A stretch of DNA of 64,000 nucleotides from contig CASEME010000010.1 of NCBI GenBank assembly GCA_949289125.1, positions 38,700-102,699 on the forward strand, written 5' to 3'. Under the pieces are notes generated by a model. The model saw nothing but the letters and a program-made list of their open reading frames with translations. It was not told the origin of the DNA and made no database searches. Made by a program: the position numbers and the translations under genes. Positions within the stretch are counted from its first letter, which is position 1, and each line of letters begins with the position of its first letter. Source of the stretch: an uncultured Eubacteriales bacterium. Its GTDB lineage: Bacteria > Bacillota > Clostridia > Christensenellales > CAG-314. Shown here piece by piece: positions 28,268-39,046 of this stretch.

Positions 28268-28476
28268 AAGTCTATTGGTAATAATAACAACAGCAATGCA
28301 ATTATCTATCAATGCAATACCAACAATAATGCAAATAAGCATTGTTATACAGGCTTTGTACAAGATTTTGTTGCCGCACTTGTTGTATTGTTGCAAATTT
28401 GGACAAAAAAAGTGCCGTCAGATAGTTCTGACGACACATTGAATTAACTTGAATATAACATTTTCTATCCTTCTTG

Positions 28477-28513
28477 CAAAGCCCCTTTAGTGCAACGCAC
28501 TTTGGGGGCTTTG
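28477..28513. terminator. Hairpin between convergent lacI and aldose epimerase genes
   Basis: CAAAGCCCC...GGGGCTTTG. Confidence 0.6.
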
Positions 28514-28563
28514 ATTTGTTTTGTTGCACAATACTTATTGTATTGTACTTTTGTCAAACAATA

Positions 28564-29427
28564 TTATAGATAATTGAGTTTAGTAACCGCAGGCAAAAAA
28601 GTGATGTCATACTCGTGTTGTTTGCTCTGTTGTGCTTCTATACTATTGATATACGGACGAGTAGACAAGTCTTGTTGGCGTTGTTGCTGTGTAGTTGTGC
28701 TACCCCACCACGGTTCTACGCATATGTACTCGCCTGCGTTGGGATTGGACCACAATGCCAATACGGGGCTGTCTGTGCGGTATACGTATGTGCAGTCGGG
28801 CGTTTCCAAAGTATATGTGTCTTTGGCAAGGTCGCATAGCACCATAGTATCGTATTGTTTGAAAAATGCTTTGTTGAGTACGATACTATCTGTTTCTGCC
28901 AACAATTTTTTGTCACCTTCGTTGTCCTTGACGTCTATATAATGCAACTGTTGCTTACCAAAGTGCAAACTGCCTTTGCCGCCCTTAGCATATACGCCTG
29001 CATGACCGCCCAACATATAATACATTGTGTCTGTACCATTGTTGACAACGTTGTACATTATTTTGAGGCTGTTGTTTTCCACTTGGTAAGTTAGCGTCAA
29101 CTTGAAGTCTACAGGATATTGCTTTTTGCTCTGTTCATCGGCAACAAAAGTAAGTTGCAACATATCCGATGTCTGCTTGTCCACAACAAACTCTCTGTTG
29201 CGCACTACTCCGTGCGGTGCTGTCATCTCGTACTTTGTACCGCCATACATGTAACTGCCTGCTTTGCCTATCACGGGAAAGATGACAACGTCCTGATATG
29301 CCCAGATATCTTTGTTCTTCTGCCACATCAGTTGTCTGCCTGTTGCCTTGTGCACAACGGAAGTTATGCTTGCGCCCGTGCTTTCTACTCCTACCTCTAT
29401 GTGTTGATTGGATATATAATAAATCAT
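28564..29427 (-). CDS. Aldose 1-epimerase family protein (LacX-like)
   Basis: W...FPVIG, HGVVR, YP.DFKL...Y, GGH, YICVEPW. Confidence 0.88.
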   Translation of the reverse strand: MIYYISNQHIEVGVESTGASITSVVHKATGRQLMWQKNKDIWAYQDVVIFPVIGKAGSYMYGGTKYEMTAPHGVVRNREFVVDKQTSDMLQLTFVADEQSKKQYPVDFKLTLTYQVENNSLKIMYNVVNNGTDTMYYMLGGHAGVYAKGGKGSLHFGKQQLHYIDVKDNEGDKKLLAETDSIVLNKAFFKQYDTMVLCDLAKDTYTLETPDCTYVYRTDSPVLALWSNPNAGEYICVEPWWGSTTTQQQRQQDLSTRPYINSIEAQQSKQHEYDITFLPAVTKLNYL

Positions 29428-29701
29428 AGTAGTTTACCTCGCATCATCTGTCTGTCCGTTTTGACTATTGTAGCACATATTGCCGTACTGTCAATACCCA
29501 AAAGTCACACATAGCACTTTTGCCCCACTAACAAGTGACTTTGAGAGCAAGTTGCTCTATATCCATATATCTTATTTACTGACACTAATACTATGCTTAT
29601 GCTTGTGCTAAAGTATTTTACTGTTGATATGCGCAATTTTTGTCAAAAATAAGGGCTTACCTTAGAAAAGGTATGCCCTTAAAAATTTACTTATTTTGTT
29701 G

Positions 29702-31363
29702 TCATTTCTTGTAAATTGAATCCAACTGCTTTCCAATGGCATCTAAAACTTTTTTGTTTTCTTTCTTAGTGCCGCTTACCGTAATGTAGTTTTTGATTAG
29801 CGGTTCTGTTCCGCTGGGACGAATTATCAACTGACTGCCGTTTGCCATATTGTATTTCAATACGTTCGCCTTGGGCAGATTGTATTTTGTCTGTGTAGAG
29901 TAGTCGCAAGTGTCGACAACCTTGCTTTGTGCTATACTTTCAAATCCGTCACGACGAATATTATTCAGCAGTGAATCTTTTTTCTTCGCGCCTTCTGCAC
30001 CTTCAAATTGGTAAGATACGGTCAGGTGTTCGTAGGTGCCAAACTTGTCATACAGTTCGTTCAATATGTCTACAAGCGTCTTTCCTTGCTTTTTGTATGT
30101 GGCGGTCATCTCTGCCACCAACATTGCAGCAACTACTGCATCTTTGTCACGAACATATGTTCCTTTTAAGTAGCCGCAACTTTCTTCAAAGCCAAAGACA
30201 TAACGATTGGATTGTCCAACCTCTTCCAACTCTGCGATAACGTTGCCAATATACTTAAACCCGGTCAAAACGTCTCTTACTTGCGCGCCGTATTGCTCTG
30301 CAACTTTGTCTGCAAGAGTGCTACTCACTATTGTTTTTACAACTATTGCTTTGTCGGGCAATGCGTTGCGCTCTTTTAATGATTGCAAAATGTATTGACA
30401 CAACAATACTCCAACTTCGTTACCCGTAAGTCTTTGGTACTTGCCGTTGTGTCTTACCGCTACTCCCAATCTGTCACAATCGGGGTCGGTACCTATTACT
30501 ATATCGCTGTTTTGTTGTTCAGCCAATTTCAATGCATAAGCTAATGCTTCAGATTTTTCGGGGTTGGGATAAGGGCAGGTTGTAAAATTACCATCCGGTT
30601 GGCTCTGTTCGGGCACAACACTTATTGTGTTGACGCCTATTGTCTTAAGTACCTTTGGTACCATTATGTGTCCTGTTCCGTTGAGTGGCGTATATACTAC
30701 CGATATTCCATCGCCTGCATTGAGATTTTGTTGCATCACTGCGTCAAGATATTGTTTTTCGAGTTCGACTGTTGTATACTCGATCCGTCCTTGCGCTAAC
30801 AATTGGTCAAAATCTTCAAGTTGTACGCCAAACGGGTCCACTTTCTCTATATAGCCTGTCATCTCGTTGGCATCGTCATCGGTAAGCTGACAACCTTTAC
30901 AATCGTATATTTTGTAGCCGTTATATTGGCTGGGGTTGTGACTTGCCGTTATGTTGATACCGAGATCACAATGCAACTGTCTTACCATATAGGAAAGAAA
31001 GGGAGTTGGTTGACACTCTTTGGTAATATAACACTTAATACCGTTGGTTGCCAATACCTGCGCTACCGTCCTTCCGAACAAGGGGCTATTGAGTCGGCTG
31101 TCATAAGTTACGCACGCTGTAGCATTGTGATGAGCTTTCATACAATTTGCCACGCCCTGCGTTGTTTTGATAATTGTGTATACATTGAGGCAGTTGGTAC
31201 CTGCTCCCATTGTACCTCTCAGACCGGCCGTTCCAAATTCCAAGTTTTTATAAAAAGCATTGTTAATGGCAGTTTTGTCACCGCGCATTGCAAGTAATTG
31301 ATTATGTACCGTTTTGTCCGTGGCTTTGTGCAGCCACTCTTCAAATATTTCCTCGCTTTGCAT
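29702..31363 (-). CDS. pgm: Phosphoglucomutase/phosphomannomutase
   Basis: LEFGTAGLRG, ITASHNP, DPDCDR, FEES.GY, RPSGTEP. Start at 31363 or 31372, after RBS GGAGAG. Confidence 0.94.
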   Translation of the reverse strand: MQSEEIFEEWLHKATDKTVHNQLLAMRGDKTAINNAFYKNLEFGTAGLRGTMGAGTNCLNVYTIIKTTQGVANCMKAHHNATACVTYDSRLNSPLFGRTVAQVLATNGIKCYITKECQPTPFLSYMVRQLHCDLGINITASHNPSQYNGYKIYDCKGCQLTDDDANEMTGYIEKVDPFGVQLEDFDQLLAQGRIEYTTVELEKQYLDAVMQQNLNAGDGISVVYTPLNGTGHIMVPKVLKTIGVNTISVVPEQSQPDGNFTTCPYPNPEKSEALAYALKLAEQQNSDIVIGTDPDCDRLGVAVRHNGKYQRLTGNEVGVLLCQYILQSLKERNALPDKAIVVKTIVSSTLADKVAEQYGAQVRDVLTGFKYIGNVIAELEEVGQSNRYVFGFEESCGYLKGTYVRDKDAVVAAMLVAEMTATYKKQGKTLVDILNELYDKFGTYEHLTVSYQFEGAEGAKKKDSLLNNIRRDGFESIAQSKVVDTCDYSTQTKYNLPKANVLKYNMANGSQLIIRPSGTEPLIKNYITVSGTKKENKKVLDAIGKQLDSIYKK

Positions 31364-31724
31364 CGGACTCACTCTCCTTTGTCTCGCCCAAAAGCTGCTA
31401 CTCTGCAACTTGTACAACACACCATGCTCGTTGTTGTATCCTACGTAAGGCGATTTACCTTTTTTGTACCTATATTGTATAGCATATTTTCAAAATGTCA
31501 ATACCCTTTGCAAAAAAAGCACTATACTTTTTTGTAAAATCCGTTATAAACAAAAGTTATTGACTTTTATTTTGATAAATACAATTTAGTGTATTTGCGT
31601 TATTTTGGTACATTTTACGGTGTTTTGTCTTATTTTATTACCCATTGTCTATTTTATTTTGAAGCTGTTGTTAGCTTCTACTACAAAATGACAAGCTCTG
31701 TCGCCTGTCCTTTGTTGGTTGATG

Positions 31725-33176
31725 TTATTTTGCTTTGCTGAGCAATTTGATAGAATAATCTATACGGCGCATCGTTTCTTTTTTGCCCAAAATATCTGCA
31801 ATGTCGCTTGCACCGCCCGCAGTTGATTGCAATCCGGTAAGGGCTATACGTGCAGGCCACAACACCTGACCGTTTTTCCAACCTTTGTCCATTGCAAGTT
31901 GCAACAACGCATTGTACAAATTTTGATTGTTCCAACTGTCGCCGTCCAACTTTTCAAACGCCTGCTTTACAAGAGGCAGTACTTCACGGCTTTGTTCTAC
32001 CGTTGTTTTTTGTTTTTTGTTGACGTACAACTCGGTGTCGTAATCGCCAAACGTCACCAAAAAGTCAAGTTTTTGCTCTATCTCTGCAAAAGTTTCTATA
32101 CGGCTGTGTATAAGCGCGCACAACTTGGCTGTATCAAACTTACCGTTGAGTTTGCTCTTTTCTATCCAAGGTTGAGCGTATTTGCGGAAAGTATCTTCGT
32201 CCATTTCCTTTATATACAGTCCGTTGAGCCATGCAAGTTTGACAGGATCGAATATAGAGGGGCTTTTGTTGATGCCTTCGACCGAAAATTTGCTTTGCAA
32301 CTCTTCAAAGCTCATTTTTTCGGTGTCGTCCTTAGGTGACCAACCCAAAAGGGCGATGTAGTTGATAATAGCTTCTTTTACAAAGCCTTTGCTGATAAGA
32401 TCTTCGTAGCTTGCGTCGCCGTTGCGCTTGGACAACTTGTGCTGAGCGTCTTTCATAATGGGGGGCATGTGAATATACATAGGACGTTCCCAACCGAAAG
32501 CGTCGTACAAATAGTTGTACTTGGGTGTAGAAGACAGATATTCTATACCGCGCATAACGCAGTTGATGTTCATAAGGTGGTCGTCAATGACGTTGGCAAA
32601 GTTGTAAGTGGGCATACCGTCCGACTTGATAAGTATCTGGTCTTCCAACTCGCTGTTGTCCACAGTGATGTCGCCGTACACTACGTCATGATAGGTACTG
32701 CTACCCTCAGTGGGCATATTTTGACGGATAACATACTTTTCGCCTGCGGCAATGCGCTTTTCCACTTCTTCTTTGGACAGCGACAGACAATGTTTGTCAT
32801 ATTTGCGCGCACCGTTGACAGAGGGCAGGCTGTTGAGACGTTCTTCGGTGCAGAAACAGTAATATGCGTGGCCACTCTCTACCAACTGCTTAGCATACTT
32901 TAAGTACTCGTTTTTGCGCTCGCTCTGAATATACGGAGCATACGGACCACCTACGTCCGGACCTTCGTCATAGGTAAGTCCTGTTTCTCTCAAAGTGCGA
33001 TATATTAGTTCCACTGCACCTTCCACATATCTGCCTTGGTCGGTGTCTTCTATACGCAGTATAAATTTGCCATTGTTCTTTTTTGCATACAAATAGCTGT
33101 ACAATGCCGTGCGCAAGCCGCCTATGTGCAAATAGCCTGTAGGACTTGGTGCAAATCTTGTTCTTAGTTGTGACAT
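31725..33176 (-). CDS. gltX: Glutamate--tRNA ligase
   Basis: RFAPSPTGYLHIGG, RIEDTD, KLSKR. Confidence 0.98.
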   Translation of the reverse strand: MSQLRTRFAPSPTGYLHIGGLRTALYSYLYAKKNNGKFILRIEDTDQGRYVEGAVELIYRTLRETGLTYDEGPDVGGPYAPYIQSERKNEYLKYAKQLVESGHAYYCFCTEERLNSLPSVNGARKYDKHCLSLSKEEVEKRIAAGEKYVIRQNMPTEGSSTYHDVVYGDITVDNSELEDQILIKSDGMPTYNFANVIDDHLMNINCVMRGIEYLSSTPKYNYLYDAFGWERPMYIHMPPIMKDAQHKLSKRNGDASYEDLISKGFVKEAIINYIALLGWSPKDDTEKMSFEELQSKFSVEGINKSPSIFDPVKLAWLNGLYIKEMDEDTFRKYAQPWIEKSKLNGKFDTAKLCALIHSRIETFAEIEQKLDFLVTFGDYDTELYVNKKQKTTVEQSREVLPLVKQAFEKLDGDSWNNQNLYNALLQLAMDKGWKNGQVLWPARIALTGLQSTAGGASDIADILGKKETMRRIDYSIKLLSKAK

Positions 33177-33233
33177 ATCTTTTCTCCCTTCAAATATGTT
33201 TTGAGTTTGTTGCTATAGTATAGTTTTAGTATA

Positions 33234-33917
33234 TTATTCGCCAAGCAGTCCGTTTTTTATAAAACTAAACAACTCGCCTTTTTCGTTGTAAATAAGATGT
33301 TCGAGCAGTACCATACCAATACCGCTTAGTACTTGCTTTAGCGTATTGGTGTAAGTAATATCTTTTTGACTTGGTTTGCTCTCGCCCTTTACGTGACAAT
33401 GTATCAGCACCACGCCTGCCGCATTGTTTGCCATAGCTTCTCTTACAATGCGCCTGATGTCTATTTGTATTGCCGATTTGTCATTGCTTGTATATTCTGC
33501 CTTATTGATTACATGCGTGCGGCTGTCGGTAAACACCGCAACAAGCCGTTCGTAGCTGCTCTCTTGCAATATCTCTTTGGAATAATCAATAAGGTCGGAC
33601 AATCTTGCAATAGAACGCCCGTCCGCTTTACCTTTTGTATAGCGACTCAATATATGTTTGTATATGGCAAGATTGACTGCCGTAACGTGAGAAATACCGT
33701 CTATCTCCACCAGACTGTCGTACTCTGCGTCAAGTACGTTGGCAAGACTGCCAAAGCGGTCTATCAATCTGTGAGCAATTTTGTTGGTATCCTTGTACGG
33801 CAAAAACTGAAACAACAGTAGTTCCAACACTTCGTGCTCTTCAAAACCGTCCAAACCGTGCTTCAAAAAGCGTTGTCTCAGCCTTTCTCTATGCCCTGCA
33901 TTGGGATTTTTGTCCAT
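33234..33917 (-). CDS. radC: RadC family (HhH plus JAB) protein
   Basis: GHRERLR.RF...G, ELLELLL-like motif, L..RFGSL, HCH...PS..D. Confidence 0.88.
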   Translation of the reverse strand: MDKNPNAGHRERLRQRFLKHGLDGFEEHEVLELLLFQFLPYKDTNKIAHRLIDRFGSLANVLDAEYDSLVEIDGISHVTAVNLAIYKHILSRYTKGKADGRSIARLSDLIDYSKEILQESSYERLVAVFTDSRTHVINKAEYTSNDKSAIQIDIRRIVREAMANNAAGVVLIHCHVKGESKPSQKDITYTNTLKQVLSGIGMVLLEHLIYNEKGELFSFIKNGLLGE

Positions 33918-34027
33918 AATCTGTTTTTCTTTCTTCATCTTCAAAAAAAATACGCTAATATAATAGCACATTTTGTAATTGTTGTGTATAATATTGACAT
34001 AAGTTTTTAATAACTGCGAGGTTAGAT

Positions 34028-35359
34028 ATGACAGCTTTAGAAGTTTTGGACAAGAACTTTGACAATTTGGTAGAAGTTATTCAAAAAGCAGTATCCTACG
34101 ACACTACGCGCAGTCAGCCTCAGCCGGGCGCACCTTTTGGCAAAAACATCAAACAATGTCTCACGTACATTTTGGGTGTGGCAAAGGAAATGGGTTTTTC
34201 CGTATATGACTGTGACGGCTATGCCGGCCATGCAGATATGAAAGGCAAAGGCGATGAAGTGTTGGGTATATTGGGTCATATAGACGTTGTACCTGCCAAG
34301 GAAGAAGACGGTTGGATACACCCGCCTTTTGCCGGAGTAATAGAAGATGACAAACTGTACGGCAGAGGCACTGTGGACGACAAAGGTCCTATAATTGCTT
34401 GTCTGTTTGCTATGAAAGCACTAAAAGACAGTGGCTTTGTACCCAACAAAACTATCCGCATTATTTTTGGTTGCGACGAAGAAAGCGGTATGGAGTGCGT
34501 CAAGCACTACTTTGAAACTGTTCCCAAGCCCAATATAGCTTTTTCTCCCGACAGCGATTTTCCTGTTATCAACAGAGAAAAGGGAATTTTTCAGTTTGGC
34601 ATAGATTTTGGCAAACTCAACGGCAACATCTTGGATATACAAGGCGGTGACCGCGTCAACGTTGTTACTGCCAAATGTACTGCAGTAATTACCGATACAG
34701 TAAAACCCGTAGTTGTATACGGAGTGGAAGTTGTGCACAACGATGACAATACCTACACTCTCACTGCACACGGCAAGGCAGCACACGGTAGCAAGCCGCA
34801 AGAAGGTATAAATGCCAACTGGGCTATTTTCCGTTCGCTTGCGCTCACTTTCCCATTTGACACAACGCTCGCGTTTATCTCACAAAAAATGTGCGACTAT
34901 ACAGGCAGCAGCCTTGGTATAGATATGAGAGACGAACATAGCGGACAACTGACCTGCAGTATGAACGTTGTTAGCTACACAGACAACAAATTGCAAGTTA
35001 TGGTAGATGTGCGCTTCCCCGTGTCTTTCAGTTGCGAACAGTTTTACAGCAGACTTACCTCTGCACTGCCCTATGAAGTAACAGTAGTACACACAGCCGA
35101 ACCGCTGTTTGTCAAACAAGACAGCTTTTTGGTATCTACACTGCTTGATGTGTACAATATGTACACCGATTCTTACGCTCAGCCCATAGCTATTGGCGGC
35201 GGCACATACAGCAGAAGTTTGCCCAACTGTGTTGCGTTTGGACCATTGTTCCCCGATGAAGAAGAAACAATACACATGCCCAACGAAAACATAGACCTCA
35301 ACAGCTTAAGACAGATGACTGAGATTTATTGCGAAGCTATCCGCAGACTTGCAGAGTAA
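34028..35359 (+). CDS. pepV: M20 dipeptidase (PepV/Sapep family)
   Basis: GHIDVVP, YGRGTVDDKGP, DEESG, AHGS.P, GGGTY, H..NE. Confidence 0.92.
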   Translation: MTALEVLDKNFDNLVEVIQKAVSYDTTRSQPQPGAPFGKNIKQCLTYILGVAKEMGFSVYDCDGYAGHADMKGKGDEVLGILGHIDVVPAKEEDGWIHPPFAGVIEDDKLYGRGTVDDKGPIIACLFAMKALKDSGFVPNKTIRIIFGCDEESGMECVKHYFETVPKPNIAFSPDSDFPVINREKGIFQFGIDFGKLNGNILDIQGGDRVNVVTAKCTAVITDTVKPVVVYGVEVVHNDDNTYTLTAHGKAAHGSKPQEGINANWAIFRSLALTFPFDTTLAFISQKMCDYTGSSLGIDMRDEHSGQLTCSMNVVSYTDNKLQVMVDVRFPVSFSCEQFYSRLTSALPYEVTVVHTAEPLFVKQDSFLVSTLLDVYNMYTDSYAQPIAIGGGTYSRSLPNCVAFGPLFPDEEETIHMPNENIDLNSLRQMTEIYCEAIRRLAE

Positions 35360-35393
35360 TAATGGTTGTATATTTTTACAATTCACAACAAAC

Positions 35394-35428
35394 AAAGCCG
35401 ATGTTAAGTAACGTCGGCTTTTATTTTT
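35394..35428 (+). terminator. Terminator after pepV
   Basis: AAAGCCGA(T)GTT..AACGTCGGCTTTT. Confidence 0.7.
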
Positions 35429-35518
35429 GGTATTACTAAGTTTTTTACTAATCTGTGTTTTTTCCAAACTTAGTCTTTTCAAAATTGATTGTCTATATAC
35501 TGATTGTCTTGGTTTTGT

Positions 35519-35689
35519 TGCTCATTTTTTTTGTAGTTTATTCTCATTCTCTACTTTGGTTTTTGTTTGTTGGTTGTAGATTGCAAAGTTTACTATGCCA
35601 TAAACAAGTGCAAGGCCTGCTACAATAGCTACAGTTATCAAAAATATGGCGTTTTATTTTTTTATTACTCGTATGTCGTTGCTTCTCAT
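35519..35689 (-). pseudogene. Remnant of a small single-TM protein gene
   Basis: RBS AAGGGG plus ATG reads MRSNDIRVIKK-stop. A shifted frame continues NAIFLITVAIVAGLALVYGIVNFAIYNQQ. Confidence 0.35.
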
Positions 35690-35886
35690 TTTCCCCTTTT
35701 CCATTAACAAACTTTCTTATCATTACAAACACAACTACTGTGTTTGTTTTGTAAAATTTTTTTTCTCTTTATATTTTACTACCCTAATTATAAAAAGAGT
35801 AATTGACTCAATTACTCTCTTTATTCATTTATTTGCAACTTGCTTTCTATATTACATTCTATCTGTCAAGACAGCTTTTTACTCAA

Positions 35887-37245
35887 TCAGCGATTGAATA
35901 TTCTGTCTTTTATATCCTTAATTTGTGTAGCTATTGTTGCATTGTTTTTTACGTCGTCGCTTATTTTGTCGCGCGCGTGCATAATAGTTGTGTGGTCTCT
36001 ACCACCAAAGTACTCGCCTATAGCAATAAGGGGCGTAGACAACAGGTCGGTTATCAGATAAATACATACCTGTCTTGGGAACACTATCTCTTTGTGTTTC
36101 TTTTTGCCCACCAATGCCGATTTTTCTACATTAAAGTACTCACAAGTCTCGTCCACTATGCGGTCGATTGTTATTATTTCTTTTTTGCTGTCTATGTAGT
36201 CGCGCAATGCGTCGTTGACTATATTCATGTCATTGCAGTCGCCGCCCACCAAGCTGGAATAGCTTATTATGCGGTTGAGCATGCCTTCCATCTCTCTAAT
36301 GTTGGTGGTTATCTTTTCTGCAATAAGACTAAGCACTTTGATGTCTACGCTCTTTTTCTTTTCGATACACTTTTTTTGCAAAATTGCAATACGTGTTTCC
36401 AGATTGGGCGGTTGAATATCTGCAATAATACCCGTTGCAAAACGTGTTTTTAGACGTTCTTCAATATTTATTTCCTTAGGCGGACGGTCGGAGCAAATAA
36501 TTATCTGTTTGTTGGCAAGATACAAGTCGTTGAAAGTATGGAAAAATTCTTCCTGAGTACCTTCCTTGTTAGCCAAAAACTGGATATCGTCTATCATAAG
36601 TACGTCTAAGCTGCGATATTTTTTTCTGAATTTCTTTTTTGTATCCACATTGTTATTGTCAAGCAACGCCTCTATCAATTCGTTGGTAAAGCCTGCGCTG
36701 CTTGTGTACAACATCTTAAGTTCGGGTTTGGTGCGTCTTATCTGATTGCCTATTGCGTGCATCAAGTGCGTTTTGCCAAGACCTACTCCTCCCCATATAA
36801 ACAGCGGATTGTACTTAGAACCGGGGTTGTCTGCCACCGCTTTGCACACTGCGGCTGCGTATTCGTTGGATTTTCCCACCACAAAGTTGTTGAAGGTGTA
36901 TTGCTCCATAAACTGCGAACCGGGATCGGTATCGTCCATGTATTCTTCAGTAACGGGAATGTCTACCTCTGTATCAAGATTGGTAATGTTGTCTACGTCG
37001 TCTTCTGTAATTATTTCCACGTCCACGAGCGAAGGAAAAACTTTACTCATAGACTTTTTGATAGCGTCCTTATATTTGTTGTCTACAATATTTTTCAGCG
37101 CTCTGCTTTCTGCCATAAGTATTAGTCTATCTTTGTATATACCTACGGGAGAAAGAGTGTTGATATACAAATCGTATCCGAGCGTAGATACTTTTGTCTC
37201 CGTTTCCAACAAAATATTGTTCCAAATTTGATTGAGTTTTACCAT
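35887..37245 (-). CDS. dnaA: Chromosomal replication initiator DnaA
   Basis: YTFNNFVVGKSN, YNPLFIWGGVGLGKTHL, IDDIQF, QEEFFHTFN, NIREMEG, FGGRDHTT. Confidence 0.99.
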   Translation of the reverse strand: MVKLNQIWNNILLETETKVSTLGYDLYINTLSPVGIYKDRLILMAESRALKNIVDNKYKDAIKKSMSKVFPSLVDVEIITEDDVDNITNLDTEVDIPVTEEYMDDTDPGSQFMEQYTFNNFVVGKSNEYAAAVCKAVADNPGSKYNPLFIWGGVGLGKTHLMHAIGNQIRRTKPELKMLYTSSAGFTNELIEALLDNNNVDTKKKFRKKYRSLDVLMIDDIQFLANKEGTQEEFFHTFNDLYLANKQIIICSDRPPKEINIEERLKTRFATGIIADIQPPNLETRIAILQKKCIEKKKSVDIKVLSLIAEKITTNIREMEGMLNRIISYSSLVGGDCNDMNIVNDALRDYIDSKKEIITIDRIVDETCEYFNVEKSALVGKKKHKEIVFPRQVCIYLITDLLSTPLIAIGEYFGGRDHTTIMHARDKISDDVKNNATIATQIKDIKDRIFNR

Positions 37246-37705
37246 AATATCTCCCGTCTTGCTTTAGTAATCAACACACATTATACTTATTTTCGTACAA
37301 TTTTGCAACAACATTTTTGACACAAGTACGATAACTATTTTTTTTGATAACTATAATTGCCTATTATTGACTTTTGCACCGTGTTGTCCTATAATATACA
37401 CAATGTATATATATTTTTAGGGTAATTGTAGGCTACAACAACGCTCAAAATGCACTTATCAACAACGGTTGTGTAAATATCCTCAACTAATACACAACTT
37501 GTCCACATAAGTTATTGCAGACATACCACAACATATAGGTACAATTTTGCAACTTTTATCTATATTTATGGTTTTTGAGACAACTGACACAAGTTATTAA
37601 CATTTTCACACACCCTAATAATACTAATACCTGTAGAAATAATAATATTATGCACATAGCTACGCCACAAAGCAACAAGCGTAAGTTTTACAAAAGGAGA
37701 ACAAT
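37246..37705. other. oriC (dnaA-dnaN divergent intergenic region)
   Basis: DnaA boxes TTATCAACA (37456), TTGTCCACA (37499) and TTATGCACA (37648). Unwinding module TTATTAACA-TTTTCACA-CACCC-(TAA TAA TAC TAA TAC) at 37594-37630. Gene orientation flips here. Confidence 0.88.
37367..37395 (+). promoter_or_regulatory. Sigma-A promoter, probably for dnaN
   Basis: TTGACT-17-TATAAT. Confidence 0.65.
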
Positions 37706-38812
37706 ATGAAAATTATCGTCAACGGTTTGGATCTCAACGATGCAATCAACAAAGTAAGCAGGGCATTGCCCGCAAGAGAAGTAGCTCCGGTATTGGACTG
37801 CATCAAAATGGTAGCCGAAGGCGACAAGCTGACGCTGTTTGCTACAGATAAAGATCTTGCCATCGAACGTTCGATAACAGCTAATGTTATGGTAGGCGGC
37901 GCAGTGTTGGTACCTGGCAAACTGTTGGGAGAATATATACGCAACATCGCTTCGGAAACGGAAATTGCACTTGAATTGGACGACGGATACAAAATGCACA
38001 TATCTTCTGCCAATAGTCAATGTAATATCAACTGTATGAGCGTAGAAAACTATCCCGAACAGGAGAAAATAGACGAATCCAACAGTTTTCGCGTGACAGA
38101 ACGCAATCTCAAAGAAATTATCAACAGAGTAATATTTGCAGTAGCTACAGACGACACACGACCTATACTAAAAGGTGTGTTTATGGAAGCAAAGCAGTAC
38201 ACTTTGACTGCTGTTGCAACAGACGGTTATCGCTTTGCAATGTGCAAAAAGCCGCTTGAAAGCGAAGTAGACAATTTGTCGGCAACAATACCCAGCAGAA
38301 GTTTGTCCGAATTGTCCAAACTACTTAGCGACAGCGAAAATATAGCTACAGTATATCTCGAAAACAGCAACATGATGGTAAGGTTGGAAAATATTACCCT
38401 TATGACGCGTTTGTTGACGGCAGGTCAGTACATCAAATATGACAACCTTGTACCGAGAGAGTTTGTAACAACATTGCTTGTCAACAAAGAAAACTTTGAA
38501 AAGTCACTCAACACCGCTTCCATAATGTCGAGAAGCGACAAAAACAACCTTATTGTATTGGATATAGAAGAATATGTGATGAAGATATCTTCTACAGGTG
38601 AATACGGTACTGCAAAAGAAGAAGTGACAGTATCTTTGAAAGGCAAAGATATAAGATGTGCTTACAATGCAAAATACATCAACGACTGTCTGAAAGTGTT
38701 GGACTGCGAAACTATCAAAATGGAATTTGCACAACACAACAGTTGTATTATTACTATCAACAACAGCGACGAAGTATTGTACTTCATTTTGCCTGTAAAA
38801 CAAGTTGTATAA
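37706..38812 (+). CDS. dnaN: DNA polymerase III beta clamp
   Basis: 368 aa. LFATD, FAVATDDTRPILKG, VATDGYR, YNAKY, ILPV. Confidence 0.97.
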   Translation: MKIIVNGLDLNDAINKVSRALPAREVAPVLDCIKMVAEGDKLTLFATDKDLAIERSITANVMVGGAVLVPGKLLGEYIRNIASETEIALELDDGYKMHISSANSQCNINCMSVENYPEQEKIDESNSFRVTERNLKEIINRVIFAVATDDTRPILKGVFMEAKQYTLTAVATDGYRFAMCKKPLESEVDNLSATIPSRSLSELSKLLSDSENIATVYLENSNMMVRLENITLMTRLLTAGQYIKYDNLVPREFVTTLLVNKENFEKSLNTASIMSRSDKNNLIVLDIEEYVMKISSTGEYGTAKEEVTVSLKGKDIRCAYNAKYINDCLKVLDCETIKMEFAQHNSCIITINNSDEVLYFILPVKQVV

Positions 38813-38850
38813 TAAAGAAAAATTTTTGAAACTTACAACACACAAAAACC

Positions 38851-38888
38851 AAAACCGCAAAACAACTTTTGTTGTATTGCGGTTTTTT
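38851..38888 (+). terminator. Terminator directly after dnaN
   Basis: AAAACCGCAA-ACAAC...GTTGT-TTGCGGTTTTTT. Confidence 0.75.
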
Positions 38889-39046
38889 GATTGTAAAATA
38901 TTTGATTGGAATATACGAACAAACATTTATATACTACTAAAAACTATAATAATAAAAGATAAATAATAAATTGATTTTTCTAAGACAAAACAAATAGTAA
39001 AGTGCAAAATATGTAGTATAATATTTTTCAGAGGTTTTACTTTTTT

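Noticed and set aside
28564-31363. Aldose epimerase and pgm as members of the LacI regulon
   Set aside because: No copy of the palindrome was seen upstream and the pgm motifs are canonical. The epimerase could still contribute.
33177-33233. T-box leader for gltX
   Set aside because: The gap to radC is only 57 bp and contains no T-box motif.
33234-33917. radC as a marker of a mobile element
   Set aside because: It is the full-length chromosomal type with an N-terminal HhH region, flanked by gltX and pepV.
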